Source: an uncultured delta proteobacterium
GTDB taxonomy: Bacteria > Desulfobacterota > Binatia > UBA9968
Length of the DNA stretch: 64,000 nt
Assembly: GCA_963755715.1 (NCBI GenBank)
Contig: CAVWLW010000007.1
Location: 1 to 64,000 of the forward strand
Reading direction: 5' to 3'
Position numbers and translations under genes: made by a program. This document shows positions 42,218 through 52,718 of this stretch, one piece after another (position 1 is the stretch's first letter; every line of letters begins with the position of its first letter). The notes below the pieces were generated by a model. It was not told where the DNA came from. It saw nothing but the letters and a program-made list of their open reading frames with translations, and ran no database searches.

Positions 42218-43099
42218 CTATCCAAGCTCGAATTCCGGGCTCTGGATGTCGCCGCCCCAGATATCGACGGGAGTGCCAACTGGAAAGACGGTCGGCTGAT
42301 GCGCATCAGCGAGACGACGGTGACCCCAGCCGAGTTCTACGGCAAATCCACCAGGGGTTTGCACGTATACGTGCACGGTCTGACAATTGATGTGGCGGCC
42401 GGGGCCCATGCCTATCGGCGCCTTGTGGATGCGCAGGAAATGATACGAGCGCATGACGTCATCGAGCGATTCCACTTCGAACATTACATGTTGCAGCCTG
42501 GGGGATTTGCCCGGCATGCATGGCGCGAAAGCCATGCTGTGATGACGCTCGTTGCAGCGCAAGAAGCACAAACGAATGTTCTCGTCGATGTGGACCCAAT
42601 CACTCAGGCGAAAGCCCAACACACCAGTGTAGAAATCATGTGAGCGTTGGGTGTCCGCTACCGTGAGCAGCACGTGGCCTAAGCGCAACACACTCAGATC
42701 ACGAGTGTAGCGCACCGGATCTTTGTTAACCTCGAAGCCATAGGACAAAGCAAGAGCGTGTCCGTCGGGATCGTTGAATTCAATGAAATCGGTCACGTGC
42801 CGTTCGGCACACTCTTTCGGGTGACTGCGGCGCCAATCGATGCCTTCGGCGGTGAGCTTGGCTTCCCACTCGGCAAGCTGTTGACCACCCCCGACATCGA
42901 AACCGATGTACTGCAGAACCGGTTCCGGAGCCGTATATGCCGCGATGCGATGGGAATACTGATCCGGCCGCAGATAGGTAACTCCCCCGTCCGGCGATCG
43001 CCTGACGGAAAATCCCAGCAGATCACGCGCAAAATCTTCGAATCTTCCGCGATCCGGCACGCCGACGCCGACTTGCATGATATCTTGGATTGTCGTCAC
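42218..43099 (-). CDS. Type I (VOC) extradiol ring-cleavage dioxygenase, BphC/NahC-like
   Basis: LGHVLL, CNERHHSMA, LQHVMFE, GPGRH and YVQTPGGFAVELG metal/active-site motifs. Confidence 0.9.
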   Translation of the reverse strand: MTTIQDIMQVGVGVPDRGRFEDFARDLLGFSVRRSPDGGVTYLRPDQYSHRIAAYTAPEPVLQYIGFDVGGGQQLAEWEAKLTAEGIDWRRSHPKECAERHVTDFIEFNDPDGHALALSYGFEVNKDPVRYTRDLSVLRLGHVLLTVADTQRSHDFYTGVLGFRLSDWVHIDENIRLCFLRCNERHHSMAFAPCMPGKSPRLQHVMFEVESLDDVMRSYHFLRIHKAPIGMGPGRHINCQTVHVYVQTPGGFAVELGWGHRRLADAHQPTVFPVGTPVDIWGGDIQSPEFELG

Positions 43100-43656
43100 G
43101 ATGGACCTTCCTTCGCGTTTGTCATTGGATCACTCGAACAACCGGAAAGCTATCGTTCGGGGACAATACTGTCAAGAATTTTTAAGAAGCGAACAAGTGG
43201 AGGATCAACAAGGGGGGACAAAAATCTCCCGGGAGGTGTTCGACGGACAAAGCGCAAGAGCCTTAGCTCGAATTCAGGTGAGAAGCGCTCCGGTTGCTCG
43301 AGACCTCACAGAAGCCCATGAACTTTCGAGTTTAAAGTCTCTCCACTTCGCCTCCCCAGCGCTCTGCGGTGAATCCTGTTTTTCCTTTGGTCGCGGCTTT
43401 ACCGCGATGGATCATGACGTGATCGAGCCGCTGCCGAACCGTGTGCGCGGCTGCCGCTCCCCTTGAAAGAAATTAACCAACTTTTAAACATAGCGTCAAA
43501 TCTCCAGAGCGATGATTTGCTATCGATGGGAGAAAGTTTATTCTGGATTTATTGTGCCTCGAGACGAACGCCTAGCATGGAGCACGGGCAATCAGGTGCC
43601 TACCGTTCGGTGAACACGATCCTACGAAAAGCACTGATCCCTGAACTCAACGAGCC

Positions 43657-44199
43657 ATGCTGCAAGAGACCATCACTTTGATTCCAGCGATCGCCGGACT
43701 TGCGGCTGCCGCTGGAGGTGTTTGGGCCGCCCGTGCCGCCCATCGATCGGCCGTTACCGCACAGGAGGCAGCCAGACATGCGGAAAAAGTCGATCGTCGT
43801 GGACTGCTGAGAGATCTGAGCACTACCGTTCATCGGGTTGTCGATGAATCTTTACAGATAGGTTCGCTCATCCAGGAATTGAAAACGGAGTACCGAATGC
43901 TCGCTACTTCTTCCGGGCAATCGGGAAGTTCCAGAGAGAAGCTGCTCATCCAACGGGCCGAAGCGAAACAGAAGGAGATATACCCATTGCAGGAAGAAGC
44001 ATTAAAGCTGATCGAAGAGCGGGCGCAACTTCGCGATGCTTCAGAAGAGGACTTGACGCAATCACTGAGCAAGTTCGACGGCTATCTCGTTCAGGTACTG
44101 CGGATAAAAGATGGCCTTGAAAGAGAAGTCACAGCAGCGGCAGGCGACAACCGAATCCACCGTGAACGCCGCATCAAAGCTATCCATCACAACCGTTAA
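43657..44199 (+). CDS. Hypothetical N-terminally anchored coiled-coil protein
   Basis: Hydrophobic N-terminus then charged helical sequence, 180 aa. Confidence 0.65.
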   Translation: MLQETITLIPAIAGLAAAAGGVWAARAAHRSAVTAQEAARHAEKVDRRGLLRDLSTTVHRVVDESLQIGSLIQELKTEYRMLATSSGQSGSSREKLLIQRAEAKQKEIYPLQEEALKLIEERAQLRDASEEDLTQSLSKFDGYLVQVLRIKDGLEREVTAAAGDNRIHRERRIKAIHHNR

Positions 44200-44343
44200 G
44201 ATAATCGCGATGCGAATTTTTTATTAAAGACGGTGTTTGCCGCTTCAGACACTCGTGTGTGGCCTTTAGAGAACGTTTCCCCGTCGAATCTGTCCTTGAC
44301 CGATTGGTCTTGAGCCTTTGAACCAGCTTGATGCTGTAACGCC

Positions 44344-44380
44344 TTGAACGTAGCGCAGCGCTTGAACGACCAGAACGATT
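44344..44380 (+). repeat. Dispersed TTGAACG-unit intergenic repeat
   Basis: ttgaacgtagcgcagcgcttgaacgaccagaacgatt. Confidence 0.6.
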
Positions 44381-44687
44381 AGGTATTACTTTTGAACTCT
44401 CTGACGGGTTTCTTTAATGATATGTCCTTGGGCTAGTCGGACCCCGAAACACTGGCTGGCGACATGTTGGGATTGGTTTTCGAAAGCACCCCCAAATACC
44501 GCGTTCTTTCAAGTCGTACATTCGGAAGTAGAGTGAGGTCCCTCCGTAGCTATGGTTAAGCATCGGTTGTTTTTATCAGGCAGCATATGGCGCGGGAAAC
44601 GAAACTCGAAACCGCTCCTTGTGTGCCGTTCCGGCAGTAATAGGTATACCGACTGCTCCCGCGCGGGAGCAGTTTTCCCCACCCGGA

Positions 44688-45183
44688 TCACACCTTTATC
44701 CTTTGCGAAGCGCACCAGGAAAGCATTTCGATCTGCGGCATCGTTTCCACCAAGGACCCAGCCCGCGAGACCGCGCCTTCCGCTTCGATCAACGGTTCGC
44801 CCAAGGCAAGCAGCACAGAGATGGCAAGCATCGCGGTGCGGCCAACACCGCCCGCGCAATGAATCAGGATCGATTCCCCGGACTCCAATCGATTCGCGAC
44901 ATCGTTCGCAAGCGCCCAGAAGGCATCCCGGTCATCGGGCGCGCTACCTTCAGGTATTTCAAAAGGCAGGACCGAACAGGGAACGGTCCCGGTTTCCAGG
45001 GCGTCTGCGTATTTAGAGGATTTCTCGCGGATTTCATATTTTTCGTTGAGACATACGATCGCGCCGACCGCATCGCTCCTCAGGTGATGCCAAACCCGCT
45101 CAATTGCTTCAAAGCGGCCCGGCATGCTGTGCAGCAGCAGCCGCCCCGGAACCAGTGTTCGGAAGATCGACACGACGAAACAT
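44688..45183 (-). CDS. Cys-based phosphatase (copy B); +1 frameshift after codon 8
   Basis: ATG at 45183 gives MFRRVDLP as in copy A; IHCAGGVGRT. Confidence 0.87.
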
Positions 45184-45423
45184 CCTAATCGCTCCTGTAT
45201 GCAAGCACCGCATCGTTGCTCTTCAGAAATCCTATTTGGCCGTTATTTCTCATGGGCGAACACACGCAAGAAAGCACGGAAATCGAAAGATTGTCATGAT
45301 GGCCAGCCTCATCCTGCGTCTCTCAATCGTGAGAAAAGCAAATTAGTCCGCGGTAGCTCAAGGGAAAAATGATCTTAAGGGATGAAGTCCGTAAGTGCGC
45401 AGGGCCAATCGCGGTAGCGCTTT

Positions 45424-45930
45424 TCAGTTTGTACGACGACGGTCGGACCTTTTCAGGTACATACTTATTCCAAAATCGTAAAGATTTTGTAATGTGAAGT
45501 TTTCCTCTTTCTGATCATAGCGAAGCTTTATCGAGTTCATAGACCAGGAGATAGTAAATTCGCGGGCCGCTTTTCGATCCAAGTAACCGCCGAGCACACG
45601 CAAAACGAAGGATAAATCGCGAAGATCCGATGGGCTATTCGAGATCCTTCGTTTCGATTGCTGCTCCATATCCGAGTTGAAAATCTCGACGTTACTAAAA
45701 TAGATACGATTCAGAATTTCTCTTTCTGAATCAGCATGTCCGACAATCTTTCGGGTAATTTTCGCGAAAAAACTCTGTTTCGCTGATAGGTCGCGCGCAG
45801 CCCCGCCGTGCTCCCAAACGATATAATCGTCACCCCACTTCGCCAACTCGAAAGAATCGATACCAAGCGGGATCAGATTCTGACCGATCACTCTAAGAGC
45901 TTGTGCGTATGAGAGAGTTACGGCTGCCAT
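45424..45930 (-). CDS. Hypothetical protein, paralog of 5694-6230
   Basis: YAQALRVIGQ...DLSFVLRVLGGYLD...FTISW. Confidence 0.78.
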   Translation of the reverse strand: MAAVTLSYAQALRVIGQNLIPLGIDSFELAKWGDDYIVWEHGGAARDLSAKQSFFAKITRKIVGHADSEREILNRIYFSNVEIFNSDMEQQSKRRISNSPSDLRDLSFVLRVLGGYLDRKAAREFTISWSMNSIKLRYDQKEENFTLQNLYDFGISMYLKRSDRRRTN

Positions 45931-46399
45931 ATCTACAACCGTAGGCCGTACGTTGGTGCATGTTCAAATCTACTATAGCCAGTTTCCACCAGCCCTGTCA
46001 CCTTGTCAAGGAATGCGTTACGAGCCGCATGACTAACGCGGCCTGCCTCGTCTCTGCCTACGACTGCGTACGAGTTTATAGAACGATGGGAATCACGACC
46101 CCAGCCAGACAATTAGTAGTACACCTCGAATGCGAAGTGACCGAACTCTTCCCAATTTCCGGGGGGTCTTTTTAGGTGCGTACCTATCAACGGGGCCAAA
46201 CGGAAAAGAACTAGCAAGAATTGTCATTATGTCACGCTTTCTGCGTCAATTTGACAGGAGTTGACAATCCTGACCAATTTTGATCTTTAGTTCACCTACC
46301 GTAAGCTCTCGTGATTTCATGAAAAGTCCTTGTGCTAACCCTGAGGTATCAATATTGCTTTGTCGTCCCGCTAAATACGTCACGATTATGGAGGCAGAC

Positions 46400-46738
46400 A
46401 TGAAAAAAGTGAGTCTTTTCAGTCAAGTCGCAGTTATATCTAGTGGCATTTTTTTATTCTTGGCAGTCCTGCTAGGCGTCAGCCACGCGGCCGACGGCGT
46501 GCTTGATCTCATCGGCAAGGCCACTCCGGGGACATTTCAGCCGAGCCTTCAAATTGATGGGACCGGCGCGAAGCTGTTGATTGAAGCGCTCAGCGGACGC
46601 TGGAGCTATGACACCGAGCGGCGGGAAAAAAGAACCGTTTGGTATCACGTCGCCAACGCGTTTTCGTTTCTTGTCGCAACGATAGCGCCCATGCCGAGCA
46701 ACGAACAAATCAAGGTGATCTCGAATTACGATCGGTGA
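46400..46738 (+). CDS. Small secreted hypothetical protein
   Basis: GGAGG RBS; MKK signal peptide ending SHA. Confidence 0.6.
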   Translation: MKKVSLFSQVAVISSGIFLFLAVLLGVSHAADGVLDLIGKATPGTFQPSLQIDGTGAKLLIEALSGRWSYDTERREKRTVWYHVANAFSFLVATIAPMPSNEQIKVISNYDR

Positions 46739-46954
46739 CTTTACTTATAGGAGACATTCGAAGCATCCCAACGCCAAAAGGCGATGTGTAGTCGAGCGGT
46801 CATTTCATTGTCGTCTACTGTCAAGACAAGAAGAGCAGAGTACTTAAATTGAAGGAAATGACTTCAAAAGCATTATTTTCTTAACCCATGTAATAATCGA
46901 GAAGCTAGTTGCCGAGAAAATTGTCTTAGTAAAACTGAGAGATAGGGGAAAACC

Positions 46955-47819
46955 ATGAAGAAAGTAACCATATGCACCGTGTTTTTATTACTGATTTGGT
47001 CCAGTCGTCTAATCGCCGCCGAGTACCAATTCAAGACCATCGCCGTGCCCGGCGCAGCGCATACCGCGGTGTTCGGGATTAACGGGCTCGGCGACGTGGT
47101 GGGGTGGTTTTCTGAAGGCACCGGCCCGGTTATCACGCCGCAGGGGTTTTTATACTCGGATAACCAGTATCACGAAATTGGCATAGCCGGGGCGCGGAGC
47201 TTTGTGCCTTCTGGCATTAACCGGGCCGGCTTAATCGTCGGAAGTTTCAGCGGCACAACAGGGCAATATGCTTTCATCATGGACGATCAGCAGACCACGA
47301 TTCTCGAAGGCGCAATTCGAGCCGATGAGAATCAACAACAAAAACGTGGTGGTTGGTTATCAGGAAAGCGGCGCGATCAATCAGCTCGCCTATATCTGGC
47401 GTGATGGCCAATATCGCCAGCCCGTGACGACAAACAGAAGTGCCGGGCATCCTCGGTAGCGCGGCCACTGGGATAAATGGCCGTGGCGAGGTGGTCGGTT
47501 ATTATTTCTTTAACACGCCCACGGGCCAGATTGTCCAGGGATTCGTGCGCAGAGCCGGCAATCTTGCGCCGGTTGATTTAATCCCGCTCAGGCATCAACA
47601 ACGTCGGCCAGATCGTAGGGCTGTCAGGCGCAGGCAATGACGGCGCGGTCCTTGAGGACGGCATCGTCACGCTAATTAAATACCCAGGGGCGGACTATAC
47701 CCAAGTCCACGGCATCAACAACAAGGGCCATATCGTAGGCTACTACCTCAAGGCAGGGCAATATTACGGGTTTTATCGGCAAGCCGATTGTCAAGGTGGC
47801 GAATGGGAACAAAAAGTAA
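46955..47819 (+). CDS. Secreted HAF-type extracellular repeat protein; several frameshifts
   Basis: Signal peptide; repeated GIN..G.VVG units across shifted frames. Confidence 0.75.
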
Positions 47820-47875
47820 GTATAGCATTCGTAATTGAGAGCACTGCCGCCGAAGGCCCATGCCTTCGCTCGCAA

Positions 47876-48895
47876 ATGCCGCCAGAACGTGAATCGAGCC
47901 ATGTATTGGACTGCTGCGCAATGACGTTGCCGGCAGCGGCCGACATCGCATATAAGTTCGAGATCGTGGATATACCGCTCCATATTACGTTTCTTGGTGA
48001 GCCGCGTGATGACATCGTACGCCTAACAGACATCGATAATAAGGGACGAATGGCCGGAAACGATTTTGCGGGCGACGGATTTTTTGTCGGTGTCAGACAT
48101 AAGGCACATGAGATCCGCTGCCCCAGTGATCAAACCGACAACGACAGCACAACGGCCTCCGCTATCAACAATCTAGGGCAAGTGGTGGGTTCCTGCACCG
48201 ACGGCGGGTTTATACGCGACCGGAACCGCAAGATCACTATTCTTAATTATCCGGGTGCCGACGGCACCGTAGCGTTGGGTATCAACGATCTCGGCCATGT
48301 CGTGGGGCAGTACTGGGGAAATCTTTTTGGCCAGGGATTGCAGCGGTTTCATGGGTTTGTCTGGAAAAATGGCGAGTACACGACCATCGATGCGCCTTTC
48401 CCCGAAGCTATGTACACCACACTCTCGGGAATTAATAACGCCGGGCAGATCATCGGAACATACTTGCATCACCGTCCCGGCAGCCCCGACATTAACGAAT
48501 ATGATAGCGAGGTCGCATTTCTTTATGACAACGGCAGCTTTACCGAGCTGGACTTTCCCGGAGCTCAGATACCGTTTTGCTGCGGCGCGCAGACCTTTCC
48601 CATGGACATCAATAATCTTGGCCAGATTGTCGGATCGACTTACAGTGACGAAGGCAAGCTGCAATTTTTTCTGTTCGATGACGGCACTTATTTTAGGATC
48701 GCCGGGTTACCGGAAAACGTAATTGGCACGGCTGGGTCGTGGGGTCTAAATGACAAGAGTCAGATTGCTGGAACGTACGTCCAAAACGTGCCATGTGACA
48801 CTTGCGGCTTTGGGGGCGAACCCGGCTTTAAGCCGATACTGCATAGTTTTGTCGCCAAACCCACAAAGGCGTCCAAAAAACAGCTGGTGAACTAG
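47876..48895 (+). CDS. Secreted HAF-type extracellular repeat protein (start uncertain)
   Basis: Six INN.GQ[VI]VG-like repeats, HGFVW. Confidence 0.8.
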   Translation: MPPERESSHVLDCCAMTLPAAADIAYKFEIVDIPLHITFLGEPRDDIVRLTDIDNKGRMAGNDFAGDGFFVGVRHKAHEIRCPSDQTDNDSTTASAINNLGQVVGSCTDGGFIRDRNRKITILNYPGADGTVALGINDLGHVVGQYWGNLFGQGLQRFHGFVWKNGEYTTIDAPFPEAMYTTLSGINNAGQIIGTYLHHRPGSPDINEYDSEVAFLYDNGSFTELDFPGAQIPFCCGAQTFPMDINNLGQIVGSTYSDEGKLQFFLFDDGTYFRIAGLPENVIGTAGSWGLNDKSQIAGTYVQNVPCDTCGFGGEPGFKPILHSFVAKPTKASKKQLVN

Positions 48896-49109
48896 AAACG
48901 GGCGAGGGGCGGATGATTAATTGCACACCATACAAGGAGTGGCCCAGCGGACAGCGAGCGGGAGGTTCATCATCAATGAGCATTGCCCTGACAACTGTTT
49001 CGGCATCCGCGCTGCAAAAACATATCATTAACGCGAACTCATCGCTGGGCATAATTCAGGCGGTACGCACCGACTCATGGCAGAGATGTCTAGCGCGGCC
49101 TTTCGTCCG

Positions 49110-49160
49110 TTAACGTCTTGAAGGAAGTGAAACGATTGAACGATCGGAACGGGCTTCGGT
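49110..49160 (+). repeat. Dispersed TTGAACG-unit intergenic repeat
   Basis: ttaacgtcttgaaggaagtgaaacgattgaacgatcggaacgggcttcggt; same 3' tail as the 40952 copy. Confidence 0.6.
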
Positions 49161-49374
49161 GCGCCAGATGTGAAACCAGCTTCTTAAAGCCTCATTAGAA
49201 CTATGAAGCGACTACGTTGGATTTTAAAAAAATCAAAACGGAGATGGAGCGCAGTAATCAAACCCCTGGAATGATCCGGTTCTAACCGGTGCCTGTTGCT
49301 CAAGCCCTCATGCCTATTTTACAAAGCGATGAAACGACTTGAACAGAGTTCAGTATTACGTAAGCTAAGGCCTC

Positions 49375-51213
49375 TTAAGCAATCGCCGACGCAGTCGACT
49401 GTGTCAACGGATCTCCACCGTTAAGACCGAAGGCTTTGACTATGGCGTCGATCTCCGAACCGTCCAGAACCTCTTTTTCGAGCAACTTCTCGGCCACTTT
49501 ATGGAGTACACGGAGATTCGTCGTTAAGAGGTCCTTAGCCCGCTGGTAGCTCTCCTGGATAATGCGCCTGATCTCAGCGTCGATCTCGATGGCTGTGTTC
49601 TTGGAATAGTCTGATTTCTGGGTAAAATCTCTTCCGAGAAAAATCTCTTCTTCTTTTTTGCCGAAAGTCATGGGCCCTAGCTTTTCGCTCATTCCCCACT
49701 CGCATACCATCCGGCGCACCAGATCCGTGGCTTTCTCGATATCGTTCCCCGCGCCCGTCGTTACTTGCTCGAGCACGAGCTCTTCGGCCACGCGGCCGCC
49801 GAACAGGATGACCAAATTATTGAGCAGATATTCTCGCGGATAGTTGTGCATTTCGTCCACGGGCAGTTGCTGCGTCAAACCCAAGGCCATGCCGCGGGGA
49901 ATGATCGTCACTTTGTGGATCGGATCGGCGCCCGGCAGGAGCGTCGCTACCAAGGCATGTCCGGCTTCATGATAGGCCGTATTGCGCTTTTCTTCGTCGC
50001 TGATAATCATGCTGCGCCGCTCGGCGCCCATCATGACCTTGTCTTTGGCCAGCTCCAAGTCGAGCATCTCGACTTTTTCCTTGTCATTCCGAGCTGCCAA
50101 CAAAGCCGCTTCGTTTACGAGATTCTCCAGGTCCGCACCGGTAAACCCGGGGGTGGATCGCGCCAGCACGCTCACGTCCACGTCCGCTGACAACGGCACC
50201 TTCCGGCTGTGCACCTGCAAGATACCTTCGCGCCCTCGGATGTCCGGTCGTGGTACGACAACGTGCCGATCGAACCGCCCTGGACGGAGCAACGCGGGAT
50301 CCAATACGTCAGGCCGATTGGTTGCGGCGATAAGAATAACGCCCTCGTTGGACTCGAATCCATCCATTTCCACCAGCAGCTGGTTTAACGTCTGTTCCCG
50401 TTCGTCATTGCCGCCACCGAAGCCGGCGCCGCGGTGACGCCCGACGGCGTCGATTTCGTCGATAAAGATGATGCAAGGCGCCTTCTTTTTGCCCTGAATG
50501 AACAGATCGCGAACACGCGATGCACCGACGCCGACGAACATTTCTACGAAATCGGAACCACTGATGGTGAAAAACGGGACCCCGGCTTCGCCCGCGATGG
50601 CACGAGCCAACAGGGTCTTGCCGGTTCCCGGCGCCCCCACGAGCAAACACCCTTTTGGAATTCTACCGCCAAGTTTCGTGAATTTTTTCGGATCTTTTAG
50701 GAATGCGATGATCTCTTGCAGATCATCTTTGGCCTCGTCCACGCCGGCGACGTCGCTAAAGGTTACTCGATGCTGATTCTCCGTAAGCAGTTTTGCCCGG
50801 CTCTTGCCAAAAGACATCGCCTTGCCGCCGCCCACCTGCATCTGGCGCATAAAAAATATCCACACGCCGAGCAGAAGCAGCATGGGAGCCCAGCTAAGCA
50901 GTAGCACCATGTACCACGGTGAGTCGTCCTCGGGCTTTGCGGCGATTTTCACCTTCTTATCCCGCAATGACTTCACCAGCTCCGGATCATCCGGCTCAAA
51001 AGTTTTGAACTGTCCACCATTCTTGTAAGTGCCCTGAATATTATGCCCTTGGATCACGACCGCTTGAACGTCGTCGCGCTCCACGGCCGCCATAAATTCG
51101 CTGAAAGTAATGTCCGGTTCGCGCCGGTATTGTTTGCTAAGAACGCTGAAAAGCCCAAACAAAACGAGCGCGAAGATCAACCCAAGTGCAATATGTTTTG
51201 ATGATAGCTTCAA
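49375..51213 (-). CDS. ftsH: ATP-dependent zinc metalloprotease FtsH
   Basis: Two TMs, [39 protein letters not shown]. Confidence 0.97.
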   Translation of the reverse strand: MKLSSKHIALGLIFALVLFGLFSVLSKQYRREPDITFSEFMAAVERDDVQAVVIQGHNIQGTYKNGGQFKTFEPDDPELVKSLRDKKVKIAAKPEDDSPWYMVLLLSWAPMLLLLGVWIFFMRQMQVGGGKAMSFGKSRAKLLTENQHRVTFSDVAGVDEAKDDLQEIIAFLKDPKKFTKLGGRIPKGCLLVGAPGTGKTLLARAIAGEAGVPFFTISGSDFVEMFVGVGASRVRDLFIQGKKKAPCIIFIDEIDAVGRHRGAGFGGGNDEREQTLNQLLVEMDGFESNEGVILIAATNRPDVLDPALLRPGRFDRHVVVPRPDIRGREGILQVHSRKVPLSADVDVSVLARSTPGFTGADLENLVNEAALLAARNDKEKVEMLDLELAKDKVMMGAERRSMIISDEEKRNTAYHEAGHALVATLLPGADPIHKVTIIPRGMALGLTQQLPVDEMHNYPREYLLNNLVILFGGRVAEELVLEQVTTGAGNDIEKATDLVRRMVCEWGMSEKLGPMTFGKKEEEIFLGRDFTQKSDYSKNTAIEIDAEIRRIIQESYQRAKDLLTTNLRVLHKVAEKLLEKEVLDGSEIDAIVKAFGLNGGDPLTQSTASAIA

Positions 51214-51478
51214 GAAATTGCTCCGTTCAGGAAAATCCGTTTTGCATCGAACGTGTTGATATTAGCTCTTTCGGGTACAGAAGGATACCTTCGATGAGTT
51301 ACACGGATCCTTCTAAACTTTGAGCCAATTGTCCCAGGTGAGACAATCAAACACGCACGAGAATACCGATTGTCGCTACGACGCGGATCGGCTCGCCATA
51401 CCGAAAAGCCAACGTCTCAGAACAAGAAACAAAGAGCTGGCCGGACTGCACAGTATCGACACGATTCGATGCGCCCTT

Positions 51479-52507
51479 TCACAAGACCGATTTGAGATAG
51501 CCCTTTTCCAGGTAGAACCGCCTCGCCCCCGGATGGAGCGGCACGTCGTACGGCGCCTCCGGATCGTTGGCGCAAAGCTGCGCCATATCCAGCGGTTTGA
51601 AATTGTCCGTCGGCATGAGCGCTTTGCGCGCCTCGATCGCTTCGCAAAGAGCGTAGGCGACATCCTCCGGCATAGATGCGTTGACGACCATCGGCCAGCC
51701 GCTGAAATCTACCGTCGGTACGTCGGAGGGCAGCGCGGGAAACCGGGATTTGGGCAAAACCGACGCGCGATAGCCTATCGCCGTCAATTTTTTTAAAATG
51801 TTTCCCTCCACCGGCAGGTAGCGAAACCCGGCATCGATGGCGCTCTGCCCCCAGCTCTTGATTCCCTCGTCGAACACCGCATTGATCGTTCCCTTCTCGA
51901 GGGCCTCGCGGCGGTCCGGATGGCTCGGCCGCGTAACCGACTGAATCTTCCCGCCCCATTGTCGTAGATTCGCAAAGGTGAATCCCGCCGCTTTCATGAC
52001 CGCGCTCACCGTGAACATCGTCGGGCTGTACTTGACCCATTCCTTGGAGATGGTTCCGGTCGAGACGCGGAGCGGGATGCGTTCCTTCCTGATCTGATCC
52101 AGCGAGGTGATGCCGGTCGACTCGTGCACGGCAAATGCCATGACGTCGTAGGAAGGAAATACCGCGATGGTCCTGATTGGCTGGCGTTTGGCGAACAGCC
52201 CTTTGCCTCTGAAGGCCATGGTAGCCGCGACCGAAGGATTAATCCATGCGAGGGAGAGCTTGCCCCGGCTAACCGCCTGGAGCTCGCGAAATCCATCCGC
52301 CGCAAACGAGAGGGAAACCCCTTTTTCACGCGTCGCCGTAAGCGCAAGCGTGAGCGAATAACCGACGCGCGATTCCGTCTGAATCGCCTGTTCGGCGGCG
52401 CGCTCGGTTTGAAAAGAAAGCGAAGTGTCGTAGAGAGCGGCGGCCAACTCCAGCAGTCCCCTGGTCCGCTGGATCTCCGCGCTATAGCGGTGCTTCACGG
52501 CGTTCAT
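51479..52507 (-). CDS. TAXI-family TRAP solute receptor-like protein (no clear signal peptide)
   Basis: AGGAG RBS at MNAVK; AFRGKGLF, STGITSLDQI, VPLHPGARRFY. Confidence 0.78.
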   Translation of the reverse strand: MNAVKHRYSAEIQRTRGLLELAAALYDTSLSFQTERAAEQAIQTESRVGYSLTLALTATREKGVSLSFAADGFRELQAVSRGKLSLAWINPSVAATMAFRGKGLFAKRQPIRTIAVFPSYDVMAFAVHESTGITSLDQIRKERIPLRVSTGTISKEWVKYSPTMFTVSAVMKAAGFTFANLRQWGGKIQSVTRPSHPDRREALEKGTINAVFDEGIKSWGQSAIDAGFRYLPVEGNILKKLTAIGYRASVLPKSRFPALPSDVPTVDFSGWPMVVNASMPEDVAYALCEAIEARKALMPTDNFKPLDMAQLCANDPEAPYDVPLHPGARRFYLEKGYLKSVL

Positions 52508-52718
52508 CTTGATCTCCTGTGCGAAAAAAGTCCCGGCGAGCGGATTCGTAATTGAGGTCCGGCTCAAGTTCGCCCTATGCCGCGCTGAAACGTACCCTAA
52601 ATCGTCGCCCACAGCGGTGGATAGTCACCCTCAGATAAAGGTGCAGGCGAGATGGCTTGCTCACGATGAGGTTGTCGTGGCTCACCTCTGTAAGAGTCAT
52701 TCAAAACTCAAGATTTTT

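Noticed and set aside
40952-49160. CRISPR array from the TTGAAC-containing repeats
   Set aside because: Copies are degenerate, kilobases apart, have no regular spacers, and no cas genes are present
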